Positions 32,328 through 43,071 are shown, counted from the stretch's first letter. The stretch: 64,000 bases of DNA from Candidatus Pelagibacterales bacterium (GCA_045567365.1 JBJLDC010000012.1:30809-94808), one strand, 5' to 3'. Notes: generated by a model not told the origin, from the sequence alone. Translations and numbers: made by a program.

Positions 32328-33928
32328 ATGCTAATCGGCCCCGAAGATTTAACATTTTCATCAACATCATTTTCAAATTGGGTAAAATTATCAATAAACA
32401 TTGAGACTAACTTTTTTGCTTGCGTATCATAAGAGCTTGGATCTTCCCAAGAATTTTTTGGATCAAGAATTTTAGAATCTACATTATTTACATTAAGAGG
32501 GACTAAAAAACCAAAATTTTCATCTTTTCTCATTTCAGCATCCGCTAACTCACCTGATAGTGCTGCATTCAAGAGAGTTCTTGTATCTTTTATGCTAATT
32601 CTTTTTCCAACGCCATAAACTCCACCGATCCAACCCGTATTAACTAGCCAACAGTTTACATTGTGCTCTGAGATTTTGTTTTTCAGAAGGTCCCCATATT
32701 CAATGGGATTTCTTGGCATGAATGGACTTCCAAAACAAGTCGAGAAGGTTGCCTGAGGTTCTTTGCCTAAGCCCATCTCAGTTCCAGCGACTTTAGCCGT
32801 ATATCCTGATAAAAAGTGATACATAGCTTGAGAAGGTGAGAGTTTTGATATCGGAGGCAAAACTCCAAATGCATCAGCGGTTAACATAATTATGTTTGTT
32901 GGATGATTTGTTTTGCCACTTAGAGTTACATTTGGAATAAATTCTAATGGGTACGCCCCACGAGTATTTTCTGTTATAGAATTATCATCCAAATCTAGAG
33001 TGCCATCTGAATTAAGAATTGCATTTTCAATTACAGTTTGTTTCATTTGTGTTGTAGCATATATTTCTGGCTCGGCTTCTTCCGAAAGTCTTATAAGTTT
33101 GGCATAGCATCCACCTTCAAAATTAAAAAGACCATCGTCTGACCAGCCATGTTCGTCATCACCCAAAAGTGATCGATTTGGATCAGCACTTAATGTAGTT
33201 TTTCCGGTTCCTGACAGACCAAAAAAAATAGATGAATCTCCATCTGGGCCAGTATTAACTGAGCAATGCATTGGCATAATATTTTTTTCAGGTAGAAAAA
33301 AGTTTAAAAGAGTGAAGACAGATTTTTTTGTTTCACCTGCATATTCAGTGCCACAGATTAAAATTAATTTTTTTTCTAAATTAACTACAATTGCTGTCTC
33401 ACTATTTGTTCCATGTATTTTTGGGTCCATCTTGAGATGAGGGAAATTAACAATTGTAAATTCACTTTTATAATTTTGTAGCTCAGCTTCTGTTGGCCTT
33501 ACCAATAAATGTCTTGCGAATAATCCATGCCATGCAAATTCAGTCATTATAGTGACTGGTAGTGAATTTTTTCTATCGGCACCCCCGAATAGATCGTGAA
33601 TATAGATTTTTTTATTTTTTGAATATTCTATGAAACTATGTAAGATTTTGTCGAAGTTTTCACTAGATATTTCAACATTAGTTTTTCCAAAGTGTATATT
33701 TGCTCCATGCACTTTATCTCGAACAAAAAATTTATCGTTAGCTGATCGACCAGTTTTATTACCAGTCTTAACTACTAGCGCTCCATGTTTTGATAGCTCC
33801 CCTTCACTATTTTCTATAGCTATATTGTAAAGCTTTTCAGATGTGAGATTTCTATGGATCTCTGATGCATTACTAATAAATGCTGAATTTAAGCTATTTT
33901 CCATAATCCTAAAAATTGTGTTTGCCAA
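32324..33928 (-). CDS. pckA: Phosphoenolpyruvate carboxykinase (ATP)
   Basis: 534 aa with the kinase-1a motif GLSGTGKTT and the blocks typical of ATP-dependent PckA. Confidence 0.96.
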   Translation of the reverse strand: MANTIFRIMENSLNSAFISNASEIHRNLTSEKLYNIAIENSEGELSKHGALVVKTGNKTGRSANDKFFVRDKVHGANIHFGKTNVEISSENFDKILHSFIEYSKNKKIYIHDLFGGADRKNSLPVTIMTEFAWHGLFARHLLVRPTEAELQNYKSEFTIVNFPHLKMDPKIHGTNSETAIVVNLEKKLILICGTEYAGETKKSVFTLLNFFLPEKNIMPMHCSVNTGPDGDSSIFFGLSGTGKTTLSADPNRSLLGDDEHGWSDDGLFNFEGGCYAKLIRLSEEAEPEIYATTQMKQTVIENAILNSDGTLDLDDNSITENTRGAYPLEFIPNVTLSGKTNHPTNIIMLTADAFGVLPPISKLSPSQAMYHFLSGYTAKVAGTEMGLGKEPQATFSTCFGSPFMPRNPIEYGDLLKNKISEHNVNCWLVNTGWIGGVYGVGKRISIKDTRTLLNAALSGELADAEMRKDENFGFLVPLNVNNVDSKILDPKNSWEDPSSYDTQAKKLVSMFIDNFTQFENDVDENVKSSGPISI

Positions 33929-34038
33929 TTAAACATATTTCACAATTTATGTTAAGTTTAAAATTTAATAATTAGTGGGGATAAATATTCATAGTAGTCA
34001 GCCATGATAATGACACAAATAATATTTAAATTTAAGAA

Positions 34039-34737
34039 ATGAAGCCTACTATAGCATTAGTTGATGATGATCGAAATATTCTCGTATCTCTAGAAGAGAT
34101 TCTTAAAAAAGAAGATTTTTTAATTCAGAGCTATTCAGATGGCATTTCTGCTTTAAAAGGAATGTACAGGATGCCGCCAGATATTGCTGTGATTGATATT
34201 AAGATGCCAAAAATGGATGGTTATGAACTTTTTCGTAAGATAAGAGAAAAGTTAAAAATTCCAGTAATTTTTTTAACTTCAAAAGATAAGGAAGTAGATC
34301 GCTTGAAAGGTTTAATGCAAGGAGCAGATAATTATGTCACTAAAGGAGGAAATTTTTCAAAACAAATATTAGTTGAGACGATTAAAAATACTTTAAATCG
34401 TATTAAGCTTGAAACTGATCAACAGAATAGCAATGATATAATTGTTTATAAAAACTTAAGAATGGACTGTTCAAAACAAGAATGTGAATGGAAAAATAAA
34501 CCTTTACTTGATCCATTAACAACAACTGAATTTAAAATAATAAAAGAATTAGTTATTAAACCGGGTATTGTTAAAACTAGAGATCGTCTAATGGATATTG
34601 CTTATAAAGATGATTTATATGTTGATGATCGCACTATAGATAGTCATGTGAAGAGAATAAGGAAAAAATTCAAGAAAATAGATCCAGAATTTCAATCTAT
34701 AAACACTTTATATGGATCAGGATATCAATGGAAATAA
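34039..34737 (+). CDS. chvI: OmpR-family response regulator, ChvI/BvrR-like by synteny
   Basis: Receiver domain plus winged-helix domain (DDRTIDSHVKRIRKKF). It is divergent from pckA and followed by a sensor kinase, as chvI-chvG is in Rhizobiales. Confidence 0.72.
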   Translation: MKPTIALVDDDRNILVSLEEILKKEDFLIQSYSDGISALKGMYRMPPDIAVIDIKMPKMDGYELFRKIREKLKIPVIFLTSKDKEVDRLKGLMQGADNYVTKGGNFSKQILVETIKNTLNRIKLETDQQNSNDIIVYKNLRMDCSKQECEWKNKPLLDPLTTTEFKIIKELVIKPGIVKTRDRLMDIAYKDDLYVDDRTIDSHVKRIRKKFKKIDPEFQSINTLYGSGYQWK

Positions 34738-34764
34738 ATATAATTTTCATTAATATTATTTGTC

Positions 34765-36285
34765 TTGAACAGCTTATTTAGAAAATTTTTATTTTATAAT
34801 GTATTAGGATTTATAATCCTAGGAATCATATCTATAGTTGTAATAATTTTATCTAACAATTATCAACTAAATAAACGTCTTTCCCTTATTCAAACTCAAA
34901 CGCTTATTTCTTATAATTATATCAATTCAACTAATTTTTCAAAAAACAATGTAACCGATTTATCTCTATCTGAACTTTATGCAAGTCTTGAATTAAAAAA
35001 TTTATCAATCTTAATAATAGATAGAGATAAAAATATACTATTTGATAATAAAGGATATGACTTAGAAACGGAGTCTTTTCTTTCTGAAGAATTAATTTCA
35101 ATTGAGACTATAGAGGGTACTCTTCAAAAAAGTTTAGAAAATGATAATTCAAATATCAAAAGAAACTTTTTTAGTAATACAAAGTTCAATAATTCTTTTA
35201 AAAAATCATTAGATGGTGAGAAACAGAAATTTTCCATTAATTTTGTAAATGATCAATTACTACTATTTTCCATATTTCCTTTTATGTCTTTCGATGAGAG
35301 TTTATTTATTGTTGCTTATGAGGATAACTCTGAAATAAATGAAATAAATAAACAAATAAGAATAAATATATTTCTAAGTTTTTTAGCAATTATTTTATCT
35401 TTGATGATTTTCTCTTTTTTCCTCAATTTTGTTATTTTAAGACCCATAAAAATATTAGCTCTCTCTGCTGCGAATATTGAAAAGAATTTAAAATCAAAAC
35501 CAAAAATTGATGAATTAGGAAAAAGAGACGATGAAATAGGAGACTTATCAAAAACTCTGAACGAAATGTTAGAAAATTTATATGAGAAAATAAATGATGC
35601 GGAGAAGTATTCTGCAGATTTAATGCATGAAATAAGAAATCCATTGGCATCGATTAAAATGGCAAGTGAAGTTATTTTTGATAAAACTCCTAAAGATTAC
35701 CAAAAGTTTATCGAAATGATTGAAGCGGATATATTGAGAATAGAAAATATTATTACTGACTATTCTGCTATGATCAAAGATGAGGTGAGATTATCTACAA
35801 CTGAAGCCAAAGTATTTAATATTGAAGATTTAATTATTGAAATAGTTCATGAGTATGAAAAGCTTAATAAGACTAATATTGAATTCATATTTATTAACGA
35901 CAATAGTACAAAAGATAATTTTAACATTAGGGGTCAAATATCTTTTTTACGACAAGCTATTCAAAATATTGTTGATAATGCAGTTTCATTCTCAAAATAT
36001 GGAGATAAAATTATAATAAATTTATCGTCAACAAGTAATTATACCAGTTTATCAATTTCAGATAATGGACCTGGAATTAAAGAGCCAATTTTTGAGAAAA
36101 TTTTTGAACGTTTTTATTCCTTAAGAGATGAAATAGATGCTACGAAAAGTCATTCAGGTCTAGGTTTAAATATTGCCAAACAGATTATCGATGCTCATCA
36201 AGGCTATATTTCTGCCAATAATATTGAAGATAATAGTGGAATAATAGGTGCAAGATTTATCATTAATTTACCTATTGCCAAATGA
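34765..36285 (+). CDS. chvG: Sensor histidine kinase, ChvG/BvrS/ExoS-like by synteny
   Basis: Two TM helices flank a periplasmic domain, followed by HAMP, the H-box LMHEIRNPLASI, and HATPase (GLGLNIAK). A TTG start is assumed. Confidence 0.68.
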   Translation: MNSLFRKFLFYNVLGFIILGIISIVVIILSNNYQLNKRLSLIQTQTLISYNYINSTNFSKNNVTDLSLSELYASLELKNLSILIIDRDKNILFDNKGYDLETESFLSEELISIETIEGTLQKSLENDNSNIKRNFFSNTKFNNSFKKSLDGEKQKFSINFVNDQLLLFSIFPFMSFDESLFIVAYEDNSEINEINKQIRINIFLSFLAIILSLMIFSFFLNFVILRPIKILALSAANIEKNLKSKPKIDELGKRDDEIGDLSKTLNEMLENLYEKINDAEKYSADLMHEIRNPLASIKMASEVIFDKTPKDYQKFIEMIEADILRIENIITDYSAMIKDEVRLSTTEAKVFNIEDLIIEIVHEYEKLNKTNIEFIFINDNSTKDNFNIRGQISFLRQAIQNIVDNAVSFSKYGDKIIINLSSTSNYTSLSISDNGPGIKEPIFEKIFERFYSLRDEIDATKSHSGLGLNIAKQIIDAHQGYISANNIEDNSGIIGARFIINLPIAK

Positions 36286-36331
36286 ACCATAACTGCTAAA
36301 TAAAATATACAATTTAAATTGAGAGATACAC

Positions 36332-37627
36332 ATGACTGATACCAATGATTATAAAGTTGCCGATATAGAACTTGCAGAGTTTGGCAGAAAAGAAATTTCA
36401 CTAGCTGAAACAGAAATGCCTGGCTTAATGGCCTTGAGGAGTGAATATGGAAATGAAAAACCTCTAAAGGGTGCTAGAATTGTTGGTTGTCTTCATATGA
36501 CAATACAAACAGCTGTCCTTATTGAGACATTGGTTGAATTAGGTGCGGACGTAAGATGGTCATCATGTAATATTTTCTCTACTCAAGATCATGCAGCTGC
36601 TGCAGTAGCAAAAGCTGGTGTACCAGTATTTGCCTGGAAAGGTGAAACAGAAGAAGAATATTGGTGGTGTGTAAGACAAACTATTGAAGGTAAAGATGGA
36701 TGGACCCCAAATATGATTCTTGATGATGGTGGAGATTTAACTGCATTAATGCACAATGAATATAAAGAATTACTTCAAGACGTAAAAGGTTTATCAGAAG
36801 AGACAACTACAGGAGTACTGGCGCTTAAAAAAATGGAGAACGATGGAACTCTTCTAGTGCCTGCGATTAATGTTAATGATTCTGTTACCAAATCTAAATT
36901 TGATAATCTTTATGGATGTAGAGAAAGCCTAGTTGACAGTATTAGAAGAGCAACAGATGTTATGATGTCAGGTAAGGTAGCAATCGTTGCAGGCTTTGGT
37001 GATGTTGGCAAAGGAAGCGCCGCTTCATTACGTCAAAGTGGAGCTCGTGTTTTGGTTACTGAAACTGACCCTATCTGTGCTTTGCAAGCCGCAATGGAAG
37101 GTTATGAAGTTGTTCTTATGGATGAAATGATTAAAGAGGCTGATATTGTTGTAACTGCAACTGGAAATAAAGACATAGTTACAGCAGATCATGTCAGAGA
37201 TATGAAAGATAGAGCAATACTTTGTAATATAGGTCATTTTGATAATGAAATCCAAGTTGACGCTTTAAAAAATTATAAATGGGACGAAATAAAACCACAA
37301 GTTCACGAAATTACTCTTCCTGATGGAAAAAGAATCATTCTTTTAGCTGAAGGTCGCCTTGTAAATCTTGGATGCGCAACTGGTCACCCAAGTTTTGTAA
37401 TGAGTGCTTCATTTACAAATCAAGTTACAGCTCAAATGGAGCTATGGAATCACTCAGAAAATTATGAGAAAAAACTGTATGTTCTTCCGAAACATCTTGA
37501 TGAAAAAGTTGCAAGGCTACATTTAGAAAAAGTTGGTGCCAAGTTAACTAAACTTTCAAAAGATCAGGCTGACTATATTAGTGTAACACCAGAGGGTCCA
37601 TATAAGCCTGAAGCATATAGATACTAA
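36332..37627 (+). CDS. ahcY: Adenosylhomocysteinase
   Basis: 431 aa with the NAD-binding motif GFGDVGKG and conserved [14 protein letters not shown]. Confidence 0.96.
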   Translation: MTDTNDYKVADIELAEFGRKEISLAETEMPGLMALRSEYGNEKPLKGARIVGCLHMTIQTAVLIETLVELGADVRWSSCNIFSTQDHAAAAVAKAGVPVFAWKGETEEEYWWCVRQTIEGKDGWTPNMILDDGGDLTALMHNEYKELLQDVKGLSEETTTGVLALKKMENDGTLLVPAINVNDSVTKSKFDNLYGCRESLVDSIRRATDVMMSGKVAIVAGFGDVGKGSAASLRQSGARVLVTETDPICALQAAMEGYEVVLMDEMIKEADIVVTATGNKDIVTADHVRDMKDRAILCNIGHFDNEIQVDALKNYKWDEIKPQVHEITLPDGKRIILLAEGRLVNLGCATGHPSFVMSASFTNQVTAQMELWNHSENYEKKLYVLPKHLDEKVARLHLEKVGAKLTKLSKDQADYISVTPEGPYKPEAYRY

Positions 37628-37654
37628 TCTACAAATTAGTGCTATCATTTTATA

Positions 37655-38107
37655 ATGATCGTCTCTAACGAGAAAGAAACACGAGATATAGCAAATAAAA
37701 TTTCTAGTAGTATTAAAGGAACGAACCTGGTTCTTTGTCTTAATGGTGATTTAGGATCAGGTAAAACAACATTTACAAGGTATTTAATTAGATCTCTTCA
37801 AAGCAATAGATTAGCCAATGAAATTCCAAGCCCAACATTTACCCTTCTTCAGATTTATGATTATAAGTCAGGTCAGATCTATCATTATGACTTTTATCGC
37901 CTAGACAAAATAGAAGAACTTTTTGAATTAAATTTCTCAGAGTCATTAAGAAATAATATCTGCATAATTGAGTGGTCGAATAAATTTAAGAAGGCTCTTC
38001 CAGAAAATAGAATAGAAATAGATTTTGAAATAATTTCAAATAATTCTCGTAAGCTTAAATTTAATTTTTTAGGCAAATGTAAAAAAGATATCTTTAAATG
38101 GCTATAG
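37655..38107 (+). CDS. tsaE: tRNA t6A37 biosynthesis ATPase TsaE
   Basis: 150 aa with the P-loop GDLGSGKTTF and SPTF, and YHYDFYRL. Confidence 0.85.
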   Translation: MIVSNEKETRDIANKISSSIKGTNLVLCLNGDLGSGKTTFTRYLIRSLQSNRLANEIPSPTFTLLQIYDYKSGQIYHYDFYRLDKIEELFELNFSESLRNNICIIEWSNKFKKALPENRIEIDFEIISNNSRKLKFNFLGKCKKDIFKWL

Positions 38108-39066
38108 ATGAAAATACCATAAGATCCTTGTTAATCAGAAATAAAATTTCTAATTATAAATTAGAACAAATCAGATCAGATGCATCTTTCAGAGAATATT
38201 ACAGAGTTTTAGACAAAAATCTTTTAATTATGTATGCGCCAAAAGATAAAGGTGAGTCCTTGGTTAATTTCGAAAAGATCAATAAAGTTTTATCTTCAAT
38301 TAATCTTAGTGTGTCAAAAATCTACGATGCTGATTATCAAAATGACTTGTTACTAATAGAAGATTTTGGAAATGATATTTTTTCAACAAAATTAAATCAT
38401 AGTAATGAAAAAGATCTCTATGAAAAAGCCATCAATTTACTATCAATTATTCACAATAACTCAGATTTAGAAGTTCATAATTTAAAAAAATATAATTTTG
38501 AAATTTTATTGAATGAGTCTCAATTATTTATTGAATGGTACTTAGAAAAGCATCTTAAGTTAAATTTAAATAACTCTGAAAAAAGCGAATTTCAAAATAT
38601 CCTTGAAAGACAATTTAACTCCCTAACATTAAAACAGAACAGTCTTGTACTAAGAGATTTTCATGTAGATAATTTAATATATTTAGATGATAGAGATGGC
38701 ATTAATCAACTAGGTTTGATTGACTATCAAGATGCTCTAGTTGGTTCAAGTGTATATGATTTTACCTCTTTAATTGAGGATGTTAGGCATCCAATTCAGG
38801 ATGATCTAAAAAATTCATTAGTAGAAACGTTTAGTAAATTAATATCTGTAGATCAGAATGAGTTGAAAAGAGGAATCAGTTTTTATTCAATACAGAGGAA
38901 TTTAAAAATCGTTGGTATATTCTCACGATTAAAATATCGAGATGATAAAAAAAATTATTTCCCAATGATTGAAGTGGCATGGGGTTTCATTAAGAATCAC
39001 CTTAAAAATAATGAATATAAAGATCTAAATAATTGGATAAATAATATTATGAACAACTCATTATGA
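38098..39066 (+). CDS. amgK: Aminoglycoside-phosphotransferase-fold kinase, AmgK-like (anomeric MurNAc/GlcNAc kinase)
   Basis: APH-fold motifs (RDFHVDNL, IDYQDA). It sits between tsaE and a MurU-like nucleotidyltransferase with overlapping stops and starts. Confidence 0.65.
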   Translation: MAIDENTIRSLLIRNKISNYKLEQIRSDASFREYYRVLDKNLLIMYAPKDKGESLVNFEKINKVLSSINLSVSKIYDADYQNDLLLIEDFGNDIFSTKLNHSNEKDLYEKAINLLSIIHNNSDLEVHNLKKYNFEILLNESQLFIEWYLEKHLKLNLNNSEKSEFQNILERQFNSLTLKQNSLVLRDFHVDNLIYLDDRDGINQLGLIDYQDALVGSSVYDFTSLIEDVRHPIQDDLKNSLVETFSKLISVDQNELKRGISFYSIQRNLKIVGIFSRLKYRDDKKNYFPMIEVAWGFIKNHLKNNEYKDLNNWINNIMNNSL

Positions 39067-39758
39067 TTAAGCACGCAATAATACTTGCAGCTGGCCTCGG
39101 AAAAAGGATGCTTCCTTTGACTAATGAATTACCAAAACCAATGGTAAAGATTAAAGGAAAACCAATAATTAAACATCTTATTGACTTATTGGATCAAATT
39201 GGAATTGAAAAAATTTGTGTGAATGTGCACTATAAATCTGAGTTATTATCGGATTATCTTGAATCAATTAAAAATAAAAAAATTTTAATTTCAGATGAAA
39301 CTGATGAGCTTCTCGATACAGGAGGAGGAATAAAAAAAGCTTTTGATTTATTAGAAGAAGATAATTCATTTGTATTCAATAGTGACATCTTATGGAATGA
39401 TGTACATGTGGAACAGTTAAGAAATATGTCAGAAAAATTTAACACAAAGGACATGGATGCTCTTCTGGGATTATCACATATTAATAAGCTTGAAGGATAT
39501 GATGGGCTAGGAGATTTTTGTTTTACAGACTCTCAAATTGTTGAGAGATATAAACAAGGCAATGAAAATCCTTATGTATATAGTGGCGTACAGATAATTA
39601 AAAAGAATCTATTAAATTCAATAAGTGAAGCGGTTTTCTCTGTAAATATAGCTTGGGACATTGCAATTAAATCAAATACCTTATATGGATTCAAGCTTGA
39701 ACATCAAATAAAGCATATAGGAACAACTAAAATGGTAGAAAAAGTAAATGAAGAATAA
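39063..39758 (+). CDS. murU: Sugar-1-phosphate nucleotidyltransferase, MurU-like
   Basis: N-terminal ILAAGLGKRMLPLT nucleotidyltransferase motif. It is coupled to amgK by an ATGA overlap. Confidence 0.68.
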   Translation: MIKHAIILAAGLGKRMLPLTNELPKPMVKIKGKPIIKHLIDLLDQIGIEKICVNVHYKSELLSDYLESIKNKKILISDETDELLDTGGGIKKAFDLLEEDNSFVFNSDILWNDVHVEQLRNMSEKFNTKDMDALLGLSHINKLEGYDGLGDFCFTDSQIVERYKQGNENPYVYSGVQIIKKNLLNSISEAVFSVNIAWDIAIKSNTLYGFKLEHQIKHIGTTKMVEKVNEE

Positions 39759-40338
39759 AATTAAATTTTTTATTTTTGTATTTTTTTTATTTATTCCTGA
39801 ATTTGTTTATTCAAACGATAATTTAGCTAATTTCATAATTCGTGATTACAGTGAGGGAGAATTACCAATTGTGGGTAACCCAGATGCTAAATACACTATA
39901 GTTGAGTTTTTTGATTATCGCTGTGGATATTGTTCAAAACAAGCAAATGATCTCGCAAAAATTTTAGAAGAAAAAAATAATGTAAAAATAATTTATTTAG
40001 AATTTCCTATTTTTGGAGGTATATCAGATACTGTTGCAAGAATTGCATTAAGTATTTGGAATAGTAATCCCGAATTATATTTTGATGTTCATAATAAATT
40101 TATGAATTTAGGTCCAAGAATGAAAAAGGACAATATTATTGAAACTCTAAATGGACTAAAGCTTAATGGTGAGTTAATCTTTGCAGAAGCAGAAAAGGAT
40201 ATGGATAATCAAACTATTTTGAAAAATAGATCCTTAGCACAAAGTCTTAATTTAAGAGGTACACCAGCACTCATTATTAATGATAATTTAAGTCCTGGTT
40301 ATCTAAAATACGAAAACTTAATAACTTTCATAGAATAG
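39748..40338 (+). CDS. DsbA-family thiol:disulfide oxidoreductase (periplasmic)
   Basis: Signal peptide and the thioredoxin-fold active site CGYC in FFDYRCGYCS. Confidence 0.75.
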   Translation: MKNKIKFFIFVFFLFIPEFVYSNDNLANFIIRDYSEGELPIVGNPDAKYTIVEFFDYRCGYCSKQANDLAKILEEKNNVKIIYLEFPIFGGISDTVARIALSIWNSNPELYFDVHNKFMNLGPRMKKDNIIETLNGLKLNGELIFAEAEKDMDNQTILKNRSLAQSLNLRGTPALIINDNLSPGYLKYENLITFIE

Positions 40339-40405
40339 TCTTTTTAAAATTATAATTTTAATATCTGGACTTGAAATATATTAAAAAGATAAATATCTTA
40401 AAACT

Positions 40406-40732
40406 ATGATCCAAAAAGCAAAATTTGAAATTGGTGAAATTGTAAAACATAGATACTTTGATTTTAGAGGTGTCATTTTCGATGTGGATCCTGAATTTAA
40501 TAACACTGAAGAATGGTATAATTCTATTCCTCTCCAAGTGAGACCAATTAAAGAACAACCATTTTATCATTTATTAGCTGAAGCACCTGGTCAACCTTCT
40601 TATGTTGCTTATGTTTCACAGCAAAACCTACTTAGAGATGATGCGCCTGGACCGCTAGCACATCCTTTAATAGATGAATTATTTAATGGCATTAAAGACG
40701 GTAAATATATTACGCGAAGTAAACATAATTAA
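40406..40732 (+). CDS. hspQ: Heat shock protein HspQ / YccV-like hemimethylated-DNA-binding domain protein
   Basis: 108 aa with FEIGEIVKHRYFDFRGVIFDVDP and the PFYHLL block. Confidence 0.8.
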   Translation: MIQKAKFEIGEIVKHRYFDFRGVIFDVDPEFNNTEEWYNSIPLQVRPIKEQPFYHLLAEAPGQPSYVAYVSQQNLLRDDAPGPLAHPLIDELFNGIKDGKYITRSKHN

Positions 40733-40737
40733 TTGTT

Positions 40738-41277
40738 ATGAAAAATCTAGCTAAGCCAGTAATTGAATTTGGTCCAGTAGTAGTCTTTTTTTATTTCTTT
40801 ATAAAAACAGGAGAAATTCAGTCCGCTATCCTTCCTCTTATGGTTGCGGCTGGCGTGGCTATAGTTGCATCTCTACTTATTGAAAAAAAAGTCAATCAAA
40901 TGTTACTATTTAGCACAATCTTGATTTTTGTATTTGGATCTTTGACTATTTATTTTAATGATCCATTCTTCATTAAAATTAAAGTTACAATAGTTAACTT
41001 AATTTTTGCAGGAATTTTGTATATTGGACTTTTATTTAAAAAGCCTCTTTTAAAAAACTTAATGAGTGGATCATTGAAGATGAATGATGAAGGCTGGTTT
41101 ATTATGAGTAAAAGATGGGCTACATTTTTTTTATTTTTAGCGATTTGTAATGAAATTGTTTATAGAAATTTTTCAGATGCTTTTTGGGTTAATTTTAAAT
41201 TGTTTGGTATTATGGGGCTGACGTTTATATTTATTTTTTCTCAAGTATTTTTTATTCAAAAAAATATGCAACAATAA
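40738..41277 (+). CDS. yciB: Inner-membrane septation protein A (YciB/IspZ)
   Basis: 179 aa with five TM helices and family-typical EFGPVVVFF at the N-terminus. Confidence 0.8.
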   Translation: MKNLAKPVIEFGPVVVFFYFFIKTGEIQSAILPLMVAAGVAIVASLLIEKKVNQMLLFSTILIFVFGSLTIYFNDPFFIKIKVTIVNLIFAGILYIGLLFKKPLLKNLMSGSLKMNDEGWFIMSKRWATFFLFLAICNEIVYRNFSDAFWVNFKLFGIMGLTFIFIFSQVFFIQKNMQQ

Positions 41278-41285
41278 TTGTTTTT

Positions 41286-42116
41286 TTAAAATGGTTTATC
41301 ACCAACAATAGAAATCCTATCCATTACTCTCTCATGACCGAGTCCTCTTCCTGGATAGAAGTCAGCAATTGCATAATGTTGAGTGCTTCGATTATCTAAA
41401 ATTGCAATTGCGTTCTCTGTCCACTTAAATCTACACGATAAATCAAGTCTTTCTTGATGCTTAAAGATATAATTTAATAAATCACTACTTTCATCATCAG
41501 GAAGGCCAACTATTTTTTTTGTGTATGTAGGATTTACATATAAAATTTTCTTTCCTGTTTCAGGATGAGTTCTTATAATCGGATGCTCATTTGAATATTG
41601 TTCTCCAATCTTGCCATTACTTTCCATTTTTGAGTAATTCTCAACAAAGAATTTTGATCCATTTGAAGTATGAATTGCCTTCTTATTTTGAATAATTTTT
41701 TTGATATCTTCGTCAAGAGTTTCTAATGCCAATTCCATATTCGAAAAAACTGTATCACCGCCTATTGGGGGTATCTTCAAAGATTTAAGCATAATCACTT
41801 TGCTTGGTGTAAGATCATAACTCACATCACTATGCCAACCTTCTCCCCATTGATTTTTTTCATTCGCGGCTTTAATAATTCTTGTTATTTGAGGATATTT
41901 TTCAATACCTTTGACATAAGCATGTTCTTCTACTGGACCAAACATAGATGCAATCTCTATAAATTTTTCTAGAGTTAGGCTTTGATTACGGAAAAAAACT
42001 ACTTTGTGTTCTAATAAAAGATTATTAATTTCTTCAAAATTTTTATTATTGAGATAATTAAGATCAAAATTAATTACTTCCGCACCAAGAGCCCCTGAAA
42101 CTAAATCTACATTCAT
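41286..42116 (-). CDS. TauD/TfdA-family Fe(II)/2-oxoglutarate dioxygenase (taurine dioxygenase or AtsK-like)
   Basis: 276 aa with the HxD facial-triad context GWHSDVSY and a distal His in TQHYA. Confidence 0.8.
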   Translation of the reverse strand: MNVDLVSGALGAEVINFDLNYLNNKNFEEINNLLLEHKVVFFRNQSLTLEKFIEIASMFGPVEEHAYVKGIEKYPQITRIIKAANEKNQWGEGWHSDVSYDLTPSKVIMLKSLKIPPIGGDTVFSNMELALETLDEDIKKIIQNKKAIHTSNGSKFFVENYSKMESNGKIGEQYSNEHPIIRTHPETGKKILYVNPTYTKKIVGLPDDESSDLLNYIFKHQERLDLSCRFKWTENAIAILDNRSTQHYAIADFYPGRGLGHERVMDRISIVGDKPF

Positions 42117-42125
42117 AATAAAAAT

Positions 42126-43025
42126 TTATTTTATTTTTTTTGAGTTGTCATTTATTTTCACATCTTCATTTTCAAAAAACTGATCAATAATTCTATAGGC
42201 AACAAATATAAAAACAATTAAACCACCTATAAGTTCCAAAGTTGGAGGTTGTTCACCTAATACTATCCATGCCCAAATTGGAGTAAGAATAGGTTCAGTT
42301 AAAATAAATAATGCTGCCCTATGTGGAGGAATATATCGAGAACCTATCGTTATAAGCAGAAAACCTATTCCAACTTGAAATGCTCCAATGAATATTGATA
42401 GAAGTAAATCGTGAGTACTAATATTATATTCAGAAATTATTGAAACACTGATGACTAATGCGACTATTCCTGCAAGAAAAGTTGCAGGCATAAAATCAAT
42501 TTCAGGGGATTTGTTTATAAGTGTTAGTTGAAAAGCAAAACAAACAGGAACGCCTAGCATAATTAAATTACCTACCGCATGATCAGCCTCTATCCCTCCT
42601 GAGAACATAATAAATACACCAAACATTGAACCACCAATGGCAATAAGTGTTTTTGTGCTAATTGTTTTTTTAAGGAAAAAATAACTAGCAACCATTGCAA
42701 AAAGAGGAGAAGTGCTTAGTAAAAAACCTCCATTTGCAACAGAGGTTTTACTCATTCCAAACACATAGAGTATGTTGCTTATGCCAACAATAAATGCAAT
42801 CAGCAAACCACTATATCCAATATTTTTAAAAGCTTCTGGTGTTTTACTTTTAAATTTGACAAGAATATAAAACATCATGATCGATGAGAAACCAATTGAG
42901 CGAAAGGCTGTAATTTCAAGTGGAGTTGCAGACTCCATATATTTTATTAGTGTCCCACCAAAACTTAAAAATATACCTGCTCCAATTAAACACAGCGCAC
43001 CAACTTTTTCTTTATTGTAATTCAT
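42126..43025 (-). CDS. DMT-superfamily (EamA) transporter
   Basis: 299 aa with 10 TM helices in two EamA repeats. Confidence 0.8.
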   Translation of the reverse strand: MNYNKEKVGALCLIGAGIFLSFGGTLIKYMESATPLEITAFRSIGFSSIMMFYILVKFKSKTPEAFKNIGYSGLLIAFIVGISNILYVFGMSKTSVANGGFLLSTSPLFAMVASYFFLKKTISTKTLIAIGGSMFGVFIMFSGGIEADHAVGNLIMLGVPVCFAFQLTLINKSPEIDFMPATFLAGIVALVISVSIISEYNISTHDLLLSIFIGAFQVGIGFLLITIGSRYIPPHRAALFILTEPILTPIWAWIVLGEQPPTLELIGGLIVFIFVAYRIIDQFFENEDVKINDNSKKIK

Positions 43026-43071
43026 AATATTCTAATTCATTATAGGATTGATATTGGGGGAGTAAATACAA

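Noticed and set aside
36286-36331. A possible SAH riboswitch upstream of ahcY.
   Set aside because: Only 46 nt separate chvG from ahcY, which is too short for the SAH aptamer, and I see no matching pseudoknot-forming GC-rich segments.
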